From positions 1 to 64,000 of the forward strand of contig CBFFRP010000204.1 of NCBI GenBank assembly GCA_965644295.1: a stretch of DNA of 64,000 nt, written 5' to 3'. Shown piece by piece: positions 23,794 to 36,433 of this stretch; position 1 is the first letter of the stretch, and the number at the start of each line of letters is the position of its first letter. This DNA comes from Paraphysomonas bandaiensis (taxonomy: Eukaryota; Protista; Chrysophyceae). The notes under the pieces were generated by a model, which was not told the origin of the DNA, ran no database searches, and saw only the letters and a list, made by a program, of their open reading frames with translations. The position numbers and the translations under genes were made by a program.

Positions 23794-25375
23794 TTACATA
23801 GGCTGATACTGTGGGGGATACTGGAGGGGATAGTTAGGTGGTTGCATGGGAGGCGTTACCACGTGTTGCTGTGGCTGCATACTCAAGATGAAAGCCTCAT
23901 ACGTTTGAACCTGCAGCTCAGCTTCATTCCAGCGTGAAGTACGTTTACCTTGATTAAGAAGAGCTTGCGCTTGCATGTATTGCAAAGGAGAGGAAAGGGT
24001 AGAAGAGCAGGGCCCAAGTGTCATTTGTTGTGCCGTTGGCTGCATGTGAGGGGTGTATGTGGGTGTCACAGGTGGATACCCGCCAGTGAATTGTTGAGAA
24101 GGAGTCCCAACAACTTGAGGAGTTGGTACAGGAGTGCTAGGCGTACTTGATGATGCGCTACGCTGCAGCAGCTGGTCCTCAAGCAACTCATACTTTCTCT
24201 TTTGCTCCTCAAGCATCCGAACAAGATCTTTTTTCAAGGGAATTTTTGACTTCTTGCTTGTTGGTAAGTCATTATCAGTCCCACCGTCTTCTACCACACT
24301 TTCGTTCTTAACCTTCTTTTGGTCGTTCTTAACAGCACCCTGCTTTGATGCTCTCGTAGCAGCTGCACGCTTCGCTTTTGCCTTGCCCCTACACTTCTTA
24401 TCATTGTGGACTGCTATTAGTGTGGACACCAGTGGTTCATGCTTAGTGTTTCTTTTCGGATTACGCCTCTTGCGGACCTTTTCGTTAGTCGCTGCAAGTT
24501 GCCCTTCGACAATTGGGTCAAAGCCATCAACAATTAGGTGGCCCTGCTCATCCTTGTTTGGTCCATTCTTCGAATCCCAGAATAAAGGTGTCAAGAACTT
24601 CACTAGATGAACTCCCATTTGGTCAGAATCAACTTCTTCATCAAGCAAATAGTCCAATTCGAGTACATGCTTACTGATTCCAGTCCACAAAATAACAACT
24701 TCGCTGTCGACGTCCCAAAGCACGACGTCGTAGCGAGGCCTGGCGCTCTTTGTCCGAAGGTAGCATAAGATAACGTACTCCTTTCCAGTTTTATAGTTCC
24801 GAGTGCGGACCATAGACAGGTGAATAATCTTGGTGCTCGTATTGAAATGAGCACCAAGGACATAATAGTTGAAGAGCGGCGGGATAGACGCCATGACTTC
24901 GGGGTTTACGAAGAGTCGAAGTGTAGCTCCATCCATCTGAAACTTCTTCCGAGCGTAGCAGTGACTCCTCCCTGAGTACTCAATCGAAAAGGAAGCTTCA
25001 GTGGTCATAAAATCGTCAAGGAATTGATGGCCCCTGGTATTGCTCCTACCTTTCTTTGCGTCTGTTTTCTTGTTTGTTTGCAATGCATATGATGAATCAC
25101 AAGCTGTGAATAAAAATAAGATCATTTGTTTGATTTCACTCACTGCACGACTCACCATCTTCTGCTGTTTCTGTTTTATCATCATCAAATTCATCAAGGA
25201 ATGCTGCAGCTGCATCCATAGCACACTGGGAGCACATCGAGGAGCTTACCCCTCTATCTGATGACCTAAACGTTTTGTTGCAAGAAGTGCAACAGACAGG
25301 ACCCGCCGGCATTTCCTGAGAGCCACCACTGGAGTACATATCTAGAGTGTTGGAATATGAATCCAAGTCATCCAT
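23794..25375 (-). CDS. TIR-element gene A: N-terminal CxxC...CxxC, unknown globular core, basic region, coiled coil, Q/P-rich tail
   Basis: A 52-nt GT-AG intron at 25104-25155 joins ORF 25136-25375 (CTSC...CSQC) to ORF 23794-25224. Confidence 0.7.
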
Positions 25376-25502
25376 TACTTTAACATGTATGCTGTATATA
25401 TGTGTCTATATATGTGTATATGTTTATATGTTTGTAGTGTATGTGTGTGATATCACTGAGAGGAGTGGATTTGATGACAAAACAGCAACTCAACTCAAAA
25501 AA

Positions 25503-26869
25503 ATGATGGAAGAAATTCCGAATTCCGAATACGATCCTCTTTTTTTAGTTCAACACTTCGACTTCACTTCACTTCGACCTCATTCATCATCATCACATGC
25601 ATACATGTATACATACATATATATTCCACTCATCCATAATATATACATACATACATAGACTGAGACCCAAAGGTTGAACGTTTTGCAAAAGAGGAATGGA
25701 CTCAACTGCAGTTCATTTTTGAAAGAGTCGAGCCCTCGGAGAGGTATGAGCATGGCGTGAAAGCTACTTGTCGGCCGTATGCAAAAGATGAAGTGGTTGA
25801 GATTGTGGATGACCCTGACCAGGATTCGATCACCGGGCTGATCCCTCAGCTTACCAAGGTCAACATTCAACCTGCAGATGAAGACCCTCCCTTCAATTTT
25901 TTATTGCGGTTACCACGAGAGGCTAAAGTATTTAAGCCGGAGCCTTTTGTTGCGATGAGTAGACAACATGCATTAGTTTGCTCAAATAAGATGATTCAAT
26001 CCTACACTGGTAAGAATCCTGCTGTGGTGGAGAGTTGGACGCGGTGGAGAGACAGTGTGTTGCCACAGTCTGATGATGCAGATGAATACGTAGCCGAGCA
26101 TCCCATGTACATTCCCTTTAAAGACCAACTCTTCTCTGGTAATCCAGCTCCAGAGAGGAGTTCATTGGAAAGAGCAGATCATGCTACAGCCCTTGATGGC
26201 GTGACTCTTCCGCCAATGAGAGTTGTCGAGAGTACAACAAGCAGTCTGTGTCACTCTGGGAAGCCCAAACCTTCTTCCAAAAAACACGAGACACCTGCTC
26301 GTCTTGTAGTCCGTGAGAGGGATGGTTCTGTGCCATCTCAACCAAAGGAGGCCCGGGCAGGAATTATTGTTACCCAGAAGACTCCAAGAAAAACGCAGAC
26401 GAAGAAGGGGTATTCATCTGGCAAGAAGAAGGAGTCAGCGACAAAGAAGAAGGGCTCTTCTTTCAACTCTGACATGATTACTAGTGACGATATTGATGGT
26501 TTTGTTGCGGAAGTCGAAGACGAGGAAGAAGAGTCAGAATATGAGGAAGAAGAAGAGGAGGGAGTTCGAAACTTTGAACTTGGTGCTGTGATTCAGAACA
26601 TGCATCGCCTGCGCGGGACTATCACAGCTTGTCATGACGATGGATCCTATGATGTGAAGTACAAAGACGGTAGAACTGATGAGAATGTGTCTTGGAAGTT
26701 GCTGTTCCCTCCTCCGGCTCCTCGAAAGAGTACTTCTAGCAAGAAAGGTTCGTATGAAATGATGGTTGTTCCGGATGACTACAAGTGGGTGGATACTGGG
26801 GCTGTTTCTTCCGCCATTCACTCTGTATCCGGCAAGCGCAAGCGATCGAATGTAAATTATAAAATGTGA
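25503..26869 (+). CDS. TIR-element gene B: low-complexity protein with a C-terminal Tudor/Agenet-like domain and NLS-like tail (start uncertain)
   Basis: FELGAVI...RGTITACHDDGSYDVKYKDGRTDENVSWKLL at ~26572-26706; acidic tract; GKRKR. The frame extends 5' of 25757. Confidence 0.68.
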
Positions 26870-27154
26870 ATTGGCTTGGGACTTTTGTATGATTATATGA
26901 TATTATTTAACGTGTTTTATATATATGAATTTTTACGTATATTATTATAGTTAATAGTTATATATTATGGTAATTATAATGCTTGTATCGCTAATTTTAT
27001 TTTGTAAATAATGAACAAATATAATGTTTTGAGCAGTAGAAACAAGCTACAAACATGTTAGAAAGAATCTAGACACATAAAATACAATTTTTTAGGTAAT
27101 AGCTTATTTGGCCTGGTTTTGACCATTTGACCTGGTCATCGCCTTCCTCCGACT

Positions 27155-29170
27155 TTAGCACAACCATCACATAGGCCACCCGGTAAAGAAGTAGCATTCA
27201 TCTCCGACTTCGTTAACTTAATACCCGTTACTAATTTTGACTGTACAGCTTTCTGTATGAGTCCAATTGAAGAATGTGCCAATCTCTTATGTGCTAGGGT
27301 TGCGAGTGGGCCTGAAGCAGTTGAAGCAAGGTGGGATTCGTCAATAGGAGTACCGAGGTCTGTTAACGGAATTTCATATAGGCCTCCAACTCTCTTACCC
27401 TTTGATAGCAGTATTTCATCTTTATATATCTCAACTGATTGGTTTCCGAACAAGATTTTATACCCTAGGTCATCTAATTGGCTGATGGACACGAGTGTCC
27501 TTGAAGCATGGTCCACGTGCTTGCACTTGGGGATAATACCAAGTCTTCCATGTCCTGAAGAGGTCATAGTTGATCCTGACTTAGCTGTTTGAATGTCGGT
27601 GAGGCATTCCTCATAATTGGTGATGTATCCGGCTTCAGGTGTGATGGAGACTGTGCAGCCAGAATCAAGGGTCCCCATTCCGGCTTCTTGATCAAAAACG
27701 AAGTTCGTTTCGTCGTTTGTTGGATATCCGACTCCTCCGAAGTCTCGTCCTTTCTGTTGTAGTGGACCACTGTCTTCATAATCTGCAAACTGGTCGGATT
27801 CGTCGTTTTCAGTGCTCTGGTGGGTCTGGAATCTAACTTTTTTGAATTTCCTACTGGTTGATTTGTTTCCAGAGGAATTCTTCATCTGTTGGATTCTTTC
27901 CCATGAGTGTTTGCATTCTGAAGCGATGTGTCCTTTTCCATCGCATCGGAAACACTTAATGTCCTTGTCAGCTCTCTTGTCATGTTTCGGTTTATTGGAA
28001 CGGTTTCTGAAAGATGTCCCCTTTTTGCGCTTGGAATTCACTTTATTTCGGGAAAATGGGGGTTTTGAGGCTGCAAGCTGAATACTGTCGGTTTTTGTTT
28101 CTTCGTTGCTTGACAAGAGCATTCCAACAGACGAGCTTCCTAATCCGCGTAGTCTGCGTATGAGTGTTTTGTAGTCATCGATAGGGTGCATCTGCAGGTT
28201 GATCGCCAGTTCACGATACGTCATATTTTCTTTGGATACCAGGCCTTGTCGAATGCGTGATATGAGATCTTGGTCACTTATCCGATGACCATAATTAATC
28301 AGCTTGTTTCGGAGCTTTTCGACAGCGTCAAGAAAGTTGATTATCGACTGACCTTTTTTGATTTTTATGCTCTGAAACTGGCCAATCAGATCGGTGATTA
28401 CATCGTTAGTCGTTTTTTCTTTGAAGTGGTTGAGCAAGTCCGTCCAGGCGGTTTTACCGTCTCCATCGGGGACGTTCTCCAAAATCCCCTCAGCCTCTTC
28501 ATTCTGACCAATGATAGAGCTTGCAATGACTGACCATAGGTAGTTATTACCTTCATCATAATATCGTTTCGCATCCTGATACTGTTCGAGTCGATACTGG
28601 TAGTCCTCGTCATCTGAGTTTTCTCCTGCTTCAGGCTCAATTGGGTGATCGTTCTGTAGAGTATAAACGATCTTAGGCTTGCTGATAGAACCATGCACGG
28701 CACTTCTTCTGCCACCTGGAGAAGTTCTTCGCATCGAATTTTGGCATTGAGTCCTTTCGCTTGTCGGTTGTCGAATCCGAGTCGGTTGAGTCGTAACTTG
28801 TAACTTTAACTGACATCTCGCTACCAAATAAAGAATTGATCTTTATAATAGTAAAACAATGTTGTGATTATTAGAGTGTAAGTAATGAACACGATAGAGT
28901 GAAAATTATGAATAACAATATAGAACGTACTATCATGCACAACGGAATAGTTAGAAGTGTAACTGATAATGACGACGTTATGATGACGATCACGTATCTT
29001 CGACAGATACTCTCTCTAATTCAGTTCATGGTATATTTCATTGAACATTATAACTCACAGATACAATCATGTGTTAAGCTGAATCCTAATACTATGTGTT
29101 GCCACAGTTATTCAATGGATGTACATTATTCGTATTGAGTATGTATGGATAGTTATCCACATTCCAAACA
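27155..29170 (-). mobile_element. 5' half of a Ty1/Copia element (LTR ~28827-29170, PBS, gag, protease, GAG-pre-integrase), truncated at the TIR element
   Basis: PBS TGGTAGCGAG 28817-28826 directly followed by ATG; DGKTAW, zinc knuckle CFRCDGKGHIASEC, LDSGC, LVSISQL, HKRLAH...CDGCAK. Confidence 0.93.
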
Positions 29171-29439
29171 CTCCTTTTTCGAATTTCCATTACCACATTA
29201 CTACAACACACACATAATAGTATCCAACAAGAAACTTATTATTAAAACGAAAGTGCATTGCAGGATAATGGTGGCGAATAAATACAAATCTATATACAGA
29301 GATGCTTTGTATAACACATGAAATAATGGTGTAAGACGACAGCACAAAGAGCGCACGGAGCAATTGTTATTCAATGGTCAGATAATGAAAGAGATATGTA
29401 CAATCATATATAAAACACATGTCATCGTGTCAGTACGAG

Positions 29440-29930
29440 TCACTCGGAGTCGCAAATAGGTCCCACGCCTACATCGATGGATAGATAGTCGGAACACAAT
29501 GGGTTTCCTGTGCTCCCATAGCCTTCATTTAACCCTTCGTTCATATCTGATGTTGTATACCTTCTCCGTCTCGTCGGCTTATTCGCAGCAGGAGGATATA
29601 CAGTGGAGTATGACTCCATGCTGTGTCTTCTGGTTAGCTTATTCTCAACAAACTTATGTCCGTTTCGAAGAACCTTAGAAGGCGCAAATGACAAGTGCAA
29701 AGTTTCTTTTTCTTTCAGTGTCGCAGATTTCTCCCCTGAAGAGTGTGGAGACGTGAAATCAGCATACTTACTACACCACATCGGATAGTGGAGGTGTTGA
29801 CTCTTAGAATTCTGGCTCATAAACACTCTCTATTTCCCGATGGCATTCAGCATCAGTGAATTAATCATTCCTAATATGGTTCAATTATTATACTGCCCTC
29901 CTCATCGTCTCGTGGATCTCCAGCATCACT
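29440..29930 (-). CDS. Hypothetical protein (last exon; upstream structure unresolved)
   Basis: 128-aa ORF, coding-like composition, no recognised motif. Confidence 0.35.
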
Positions 29931-30208
29931 GTCAGATACACACACACAACAGTGACGAGTGCGGAGTTCTAACAAAAACGTACATTCCGGATACATGAAA
30001 AGAACATCCAACATCTGATCCGGATAAAGTTCAAGAACAGTCCTGCCATCACGAGCAGCAGCAAAACACCCTTACAAACAAAAAAATCGACCCAGCATAC
30101 TGCTGTGTACTGTGTACGTCCCACCATCTCCGGGCGGATAGTGTATATATAGATATATAGTATATCTACAGCTGAAGGATTGTCATTCCTGTAAGGCTTG
30201 AGTTACTT

Positions 30209-31039
30209 ATGTCGTGGTTGAGCGGAAAATGGATATCGACATATGCTATACTCGTTATCCCCATTTTATCGGTGGTTGTGTACTTGTGCACGCAGGATGT
30301 TGCTACAGACATGATGAGGGAGCCGCACCCTTCCACAGCCGCTGTTGTGCAGTTCTATGATTTGGTGGGAGGTATACTGATGAACGATTACTACCACTGG
30401 GCGTTTGAAGAGAAGGCTATGGATGAAATGATCGAGCACTGTGGCCTGCGTCAGGGACAGACTATCCTGGAGGTGGGTCCTGGAAGTGGATTTCTAGGTC
30501 GTAAAGTTCTCCAGAATTTAACCGCTGAAATATCCGAAGGAGACAACAACGTGACGTATATTGGAGTTGATATGAGTAGGACGATGTATGACATTGCGAC
30601 ACAGACATTGAAGCCATATATTGACGCTGGAGTCGCAAGTTTGTACCTCACGAATGATACGTTTGGGTTTATATCGGACTCCGATCTAAAAGTTGATCGA
30701 GTTATTTTTACTTATGTACTTGATCTGCTCCCTACCGCTGTTATTGATAAGTTTGCCTCTTTATGGTATGAAAAGCTGCAGCTTCATTCCACTTCGAAAG
30801 TTTGCGTTGTCAATCTCACATACGGTCAGACCTATTTATCTAGGTTCGTGACGAACGTATGGCTAGTGCTGTATAGAGTTTTAGGAGGAGAGTATGTAGG
30901 AGGATGTAGACCGATTAGAATTCTTGATTTCTTTCGTGTCTCGGATGGCTACCAGGTCGAGTACAAATCTAACGTTGTGAGTTTCGGACTACCTTCTGAA
31001 GTTGTTGTTCTTTCGATACAATCTTCAAGCAGGCAGTGA
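30209..31039 (+). CDS. Class I SAM-dependent methyltransferase with N-terminal membrane anchor
   Basis: ILEVGPGSG, YIGVDMS, DRVIFTYVLDLL, GGCRPI; hydrophobic N-terminus. Confidence 0.88.
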   Translation: MSWLSGKWISTYAILVIPILSVVVYLCTQDVATDMMREPHPSTAAVVQFYDLVGGILMNDYYHWAFEEKAMDEMIEHCGLRQGQTILEVGPGSGFLGRKVLQNLTAEISEGDNNVTYIGVDMSRTMYDIATQTLKPYIDAGVASLYLTNDTFGFISDSDLKVDRVIFTYVLDLLPTAVIDKFASLWYEKLQLHSTSKVCVVNLTYGQTYLSRFVTNVWLVLYRVLGGEYVGGCRPIRILDFFRVSDGYQVEYKSNVVSFGLPSEVVVLSIQSSSRQ

Positions 31040-31659
31040 CTTAAATATTTGCCTATTATGTATGGGATTTCATTTACACATATGATCGCAATAGTAAGTA
31101 CACAGTGATGATAGAGAATTCTGTTTCTTTTGTGTCTCACTGCTTGATTATAATCCTAAATACATGGATGTTATATCTTTCATGTAATTTCTCTTGTATC
31201 TTTGTACGAGCTACAAGTTTCTCTTCTTATCTGAATAATTTTAGATAAGTTTTTTTCTCCACAAGAGATATGTACAACAGTTAAGTTATCAATTACTACA
31301 ATGTGGTACGTAAGTAATAAGTGCTTGACCATTAGAGAAATAATATAGGTTATAGTACTTCAGACAGGGCAAAGAGGAAAAATATTCCAAGAGACGTTCG
31401 CATACTTCATGACTTTGCCAAAATATTATATACAAATTACTACATCTAGCTCTTCACCAGTCCTTGCGATTTACTATCTATTACTTAGAAGCAAAGCCCA
31501 TGCTTTATGCTTTATTCCAAACATACTTGTCAAAAAACTCCTTAGAACGTATCCTTATGACTACTCCTCTCTTTGGTTAAGAAATCAGGATATAATCCGG
31601 CAACACCATTAATATTACGTGATTTCTTCTGTCAACAATAGTAATATAATTAACTTTAC

Positions 31660-33800
31660 AGATTCAATACAGCCATATGCTGCGTCCCTACGTCAGCACA
31701 GTTCCTATTTTATCAACCAACAGTCGTGCGACTAATTCCTCTTGCCGTTTCATTCGTTTTTCCAATCCATCTAAACGGACCTGTGAACACACGATTATTA
31801 TGAAGTTGAATAAAATAGTACAATACGAACCGACCTCTATACTCTCCCTCATCGCATTTACTGCGTCCAGAATTCTATCCACCGCAGGATCTCCCATCAT
31901 TGCGGATTTACTACTTTGTAAAGCTCGATCATCTTCATTCGAATGCACAGGCTCCTGTGTAAGAGTTCCAACTACTGGCTCATATAAGAGAGTTGTACGG
32001 AATTTTCCAGAAGTAGAGGCAGACGCCTGAAAGTAGCCATGAGTAAGACATCTAGTTGCAAAGTGGTTCAGTATTCAACAAAATATCAAGGTTATCGCAA
32101 ACTAAGGATGTTTAATATACCAGATGTGTGTCAATAGATTCTCCAGAGAGGACGAGCAATACAATATCTGCTGCAGTACTGATTTTAGAGTCTACTCCCT
32201 TTCGCGAATGGAACGCTAAACCTTTACACCTCCCCTACTTTAGGCATTACAGTTAATATGAAATACTAAAATAAAACCTTTTCTTTCAATGAAATCACTC
32301 GCTCTCTTGTTGCTTTCCAATCCCCATTACCAATACCAGAGGGGTAAACTCTGTAGATGGCAACAAGGGGGCTACAAGACGACCCCACTGCTATCCACAT
32401 CTCTTCCGACGGGACACTCACTGACGTACAGGCCAAAACATCCGGTCTTACAAGAGGCGTCGAAACTGAGACCTGGTTATCAACATCGCATAGTTCGGGT
32501 GCATCGCGCAAGTCCAAGGTAAACGTACACAGAGGGGAAAACACCGGCGGTGAATTTGTGGAAGACCGTTGAACAGACACAACACACACAACCCCACTTG
32601 ATCCTGTTGACTCCTTTTCCTGTATTACGCCGGAACCAAACGTATTCGAGGCATTTGGCCCGTTGTGTATTGTTTTCAGGGTGGAAAGGGGAGATTTGTT
32701 GAAATGAAGGGGGCCGTTAAAGTGTTGGACATGCAGTGCTTCCGCTATCGGCGTTCCTGGTAAAACATGTGGGAATGCACCACGGGTCCGATCCAGCTCA
32801 AACACACTTGAACTGTCCTCTTTTTCGTTCTCTCCTTCTTCACTAGCATCCAAGGGGTTGTCGACAGAGTCGATCACTGATATCAACGGTTGGCCGGCTG
32901 TCGGGGCTGTGGACTGGACAGAAGCTGGAAGTGATATCTCGATAGTGTCCGGGCAGGACAAAGAGAATGCTGGGCTCGAAAGGCAAAGCTCAGATTCATA
33001 AGCAAATACACATACCTCATCGGGCATATTTAAGTCCTGCACACACCACGGACAGAGAGAAATACTCCTCGGTACGTACGTACGTTGAACATTGGAAATT
33101 AATTTGTCTTTGAGTCCAGTACTCACTACCATTTCTCTACTGTTTGTACAGTCTATGGCGCGGGCCCCGGATGGCGTACCGTGTAAAAGGGTTTGGTGGG
33201 ATGATGCCACAATACCTCCAGAACCCGGTTTGCTTAGAATCTCACTGATAGCACCCGTAGTGATTGAAACACTTTGCACACCTCTTGGCGACGCCACCCA
33301 CATTTCATCAACAGATACACTGCTCCACACCAAACACACCACAGGTACAGTCCTCCCAAATTTGATTGTTTCGTGTAAGCAGGGAGGACATTGAGTGGCG
33401 TTCCACAGCTGAATGCAGTCGTCACAGCAGATGGCCAAAAAGTCGGCATATTTTTCACACGGACCCCATGCTAAGTCGTGAATTGTGGATGTAACGGGTA
33501 TCACTGTCTGAAGTACATTAGTACCACCGCCAATATTAACTTTATCTAAATCAACTCCATCCTCGTCCACAACAGCCACTCTCCCACGCAACGATACAGC
33601 TGCATGCACCACATTATATCACACCCTCCCGCGCCATACACGAACCATACCTGATCGAAGGTAATTGCAGGAGAACTTCCTCAGTGTGCAGCCTTTGCTT
33701 AGCTCCATTGCACTTGACTCGCACCAGAGGAGTGGACTGTGAGTGCTGTATGGCTAAAGGAGTCTCACTGGATGTGGTCACTACGATGTACAGCATTTAC
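31660..33800 (-). CDS. WDCP: WD repeat and coiled-coil containing protein (WDCP-like), multi-exon, ends approximate
   Basis: IHDLAW; LVRPDVLA...IAVGSS...VAIY; next exon GRCKGLAF...LLVLSG; C-terminal coiled coil. Recalled similarity to the WDCP family, not searched. Confidence 0.6.
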
Positions 33801-34120
33801 GTAACTTTACACTCGAAAACCTCAGTAAATTATTTGTAAAACCTACTATTCAGGTTTTCCTAGAATTAAAACCACTGATTTCCTAAAAAGCAGGCAAAAT
33901 ATCATTCTTATTTTATTCAGAAGGTACTGTGAACTGTGTCAAACTATTCTGCATCATTTTTTCCAATCAATAACTCTCGGAGTAAAATGATTAGTCCACA
34001 TTACGTTCTAAAGTTGGAAGAGAATCGAACAGCTGGAAAGCTCTGTTTGTAGATGACTCCATCACTCCACCCCAACCAGTCGACACAACACATCTGATAA
34101 AGTAAACGGACTAAGGAATA

Positions 34121-35471
34121 ATGGATTTTGTAAAGGAAGCTGGAAGAAAGTTAAAGCATGCCTTGCATATAGACAGCAAAAGGGTGTATGATTTCGAAGA
34201 GGGAAGTGAGGACAAGAAGCTATTCGGGATGAAAGGATCGGCCCTCTGTGAGTTAAGTAATATGAAATTACCAGTTCCCCCGGGTTTCATTATTACATCT
34301 GATAACTTTCTGGAATACCTTGATCATGGTGAAGGGCTCAGTGATAAGCTCAAGGCCGATTACCGGCTACACATCCGTAGGCTTGAAAACAAAACTGGAC
34401 GCGTTTTCGGAGGCGCGGCCTCTGATGGAAAAAGCTTGCCACTGCTACTATCTGTTCGTGCTACTGCTTCCATTATTGTTCCGGGGTAAGTTTCTGAATG
34501 ATCTGTGCGAATCTTTTGTCCTCAAGATTCAACTCTGATAGAATAATGGATACTATTCTGAATGTCGGGATGAATGACAGCGTCGTAAGCTACCTTGTGT
34601 CCCTCAATCAAGGATATATAAAGTTTGCATTGGATCTTCACCGAAGATTTTTATACATGTTTGGAGTTTTGGTACTTCGTAACAGTACAGTAAAATATGA
34701 GCGCGTAATGGATACTGCAATGGAAATGGACAACGCAGATACTGTAGCCCAACTTTCCTGCCAGAGCCTGACATATGTGGTTGGCGAATTTAAAAGGTTT
34801 ACTGCCGCGCCCAATGACCCCTACGAACAACTAGATATGGTCATAGAAGCCATGTACCAGCATTCCCTGTCTCCCAGGTTTTAAATTACAATACCTTCAA
34901 TGTGTATCGTTACCTAATAACTTGTATGTAGGGTATCTGAGTACTTGGACTCTTATGCGACATCTATTCCTCAGATTCCTCGATCCTTGGCTGTTATTGT
35001 CCAAATGATGGTGTACGGAAATCTAAACAGCAACTCAGGTTGTGGGGTGGCATTCAGTCGACCTCTATCACAAGATAACGATGCGGATGGTCGACCTGTG
35101 GGAGAGTTTTTGGCTAAAGCGGAAGGGAAAGAGGTCTTGGAAGGAGATAGAAACGCAACACCCATTGAGGTTATTAAACGTTCTATCAAAGTTATTTCTT
35201 TGACATAATTTCTCTACAGGACTTTAGTTGTACAATGCCAAAATCGTACAGTGATCTCGAGAAACATATGTCGGTCCTTGAAGAGAAACATAAAGCTGTC
35301 GAATATGTGGAGTTTACTGTGGAAGACGGTGTACTGTATGTACTTGAGACAAGTGCTGTAAATTTACAGCCTAACAAGAAAGAAGCGCGGTTTGTTGTTT
35401 ACTATGATCTACTCCGCAAACTTCAAGAAGAGGAAGAAAATGAAGAATGCAAGGAGCTGCTCAATTCGTAA
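34121..35471 (+). CDS. Stand-alone PPDK N-terminal (ATP-grasp) domain protein, 4 exons
   Basis: GMKG..L.EL..MKLPVPPGFII, PLLLSVR, PG|IMDTILNVGMND, VQMMVYGN, SGCGVAFSR, VEFTVEDGVLY. Introns of 56, 54 and 50 nt. Stop before the His and PEP domains. Confidence 0.85.
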
Positions 35472-36433
35472 CTAGAAGCAGAAAAAGTACGTGCTTCAAA
35501 ATTACGTTTCAAGGTGGAAGACAGGAGAATTCACATGTTATAAACTCGTCTATATAGACTTCTAATATAGAGTAAGATGTTAATAATTCTAAGTGTAGCT
35601 ATGGTGTCAATTTCTTGGTGATAGTGATGATTTACGCTTTGCATCCATGATATTGTCACGATATCTAGCAGTCTAACACAACTCAGCAAGTATTCTGTCT
35701 TATAAAACTCATCATATAAATTTCGTTAACAAATACACACAACCGCTACCAATTGACGACTTAAGAATTAAGCACCACTCTAAGTTGAAGGGATTTTTGA
35801 AGCACGCGTGTACTGTGCAAAGAGAGCTATGAAGTTGTGGCCTAGAAATCATATCGCAGATGAATATATGAATGAAAATAGATATAATATAGAATATAGA
35901 TGTCGGAAATATACTAGTATCTACTAAACTTATTCGACATTCCTACAAAACTAAAAGAGTCATTTTGCGGAAGAACCTAATCAATTGAAACTTTTTTTCA
36001 GGAATTCCTACTGAGTTAATTTTATCATTCTACTAGATTTCAATACGGCTCAATTTGCCAATTGCGTAGTTACAACACGTACGGTATATAGAAATGAATA
36101 CATTATTACGAGTGTCGTTTTAGTGAATATAATACAACTTACACGGCAAAGGGGTTTACAAATTTCAGATCAGAACTGGAGTTTACAACGCCAAGATAGC
36201 CACAAGCTTTGGGTGATCATTTCCAAAAATATACCTAATGTACTCCATACCCATGACATGGAAGTATTCATATGGCGACAGCTTATGTCGGCGATGCCGA
36301 TAGATTCATAACATAACATGGCAGCAGCGGTATTAACACAGAGAAGAGTTAAGAGTATAGACATCAATATTCATCAGTATGCACAACATAATATAGAGAT
36401 ACAATAGCATTATGGCCAGTAATATGATACATG

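Larger units (their letters stand above)
23462..27154. mobile_element. TIR DNA element, ~212-bp TIRs, TTA on both flanks, no recognisable transposase, two cargo genes
   Basis: 23462-23673 and 26943-27154 are near-identical inverted repeats (AGTCGGAGGAAGGCGATGACC...); TTA at 23459-23461 and 27155-27157. Confidence 0.9.

Noticed and set aside
27136-27154. C-terminus VGGRR* of the 563-aa Copia ORF
   Set aside because: Read-through into the TIR; not a real protein end.
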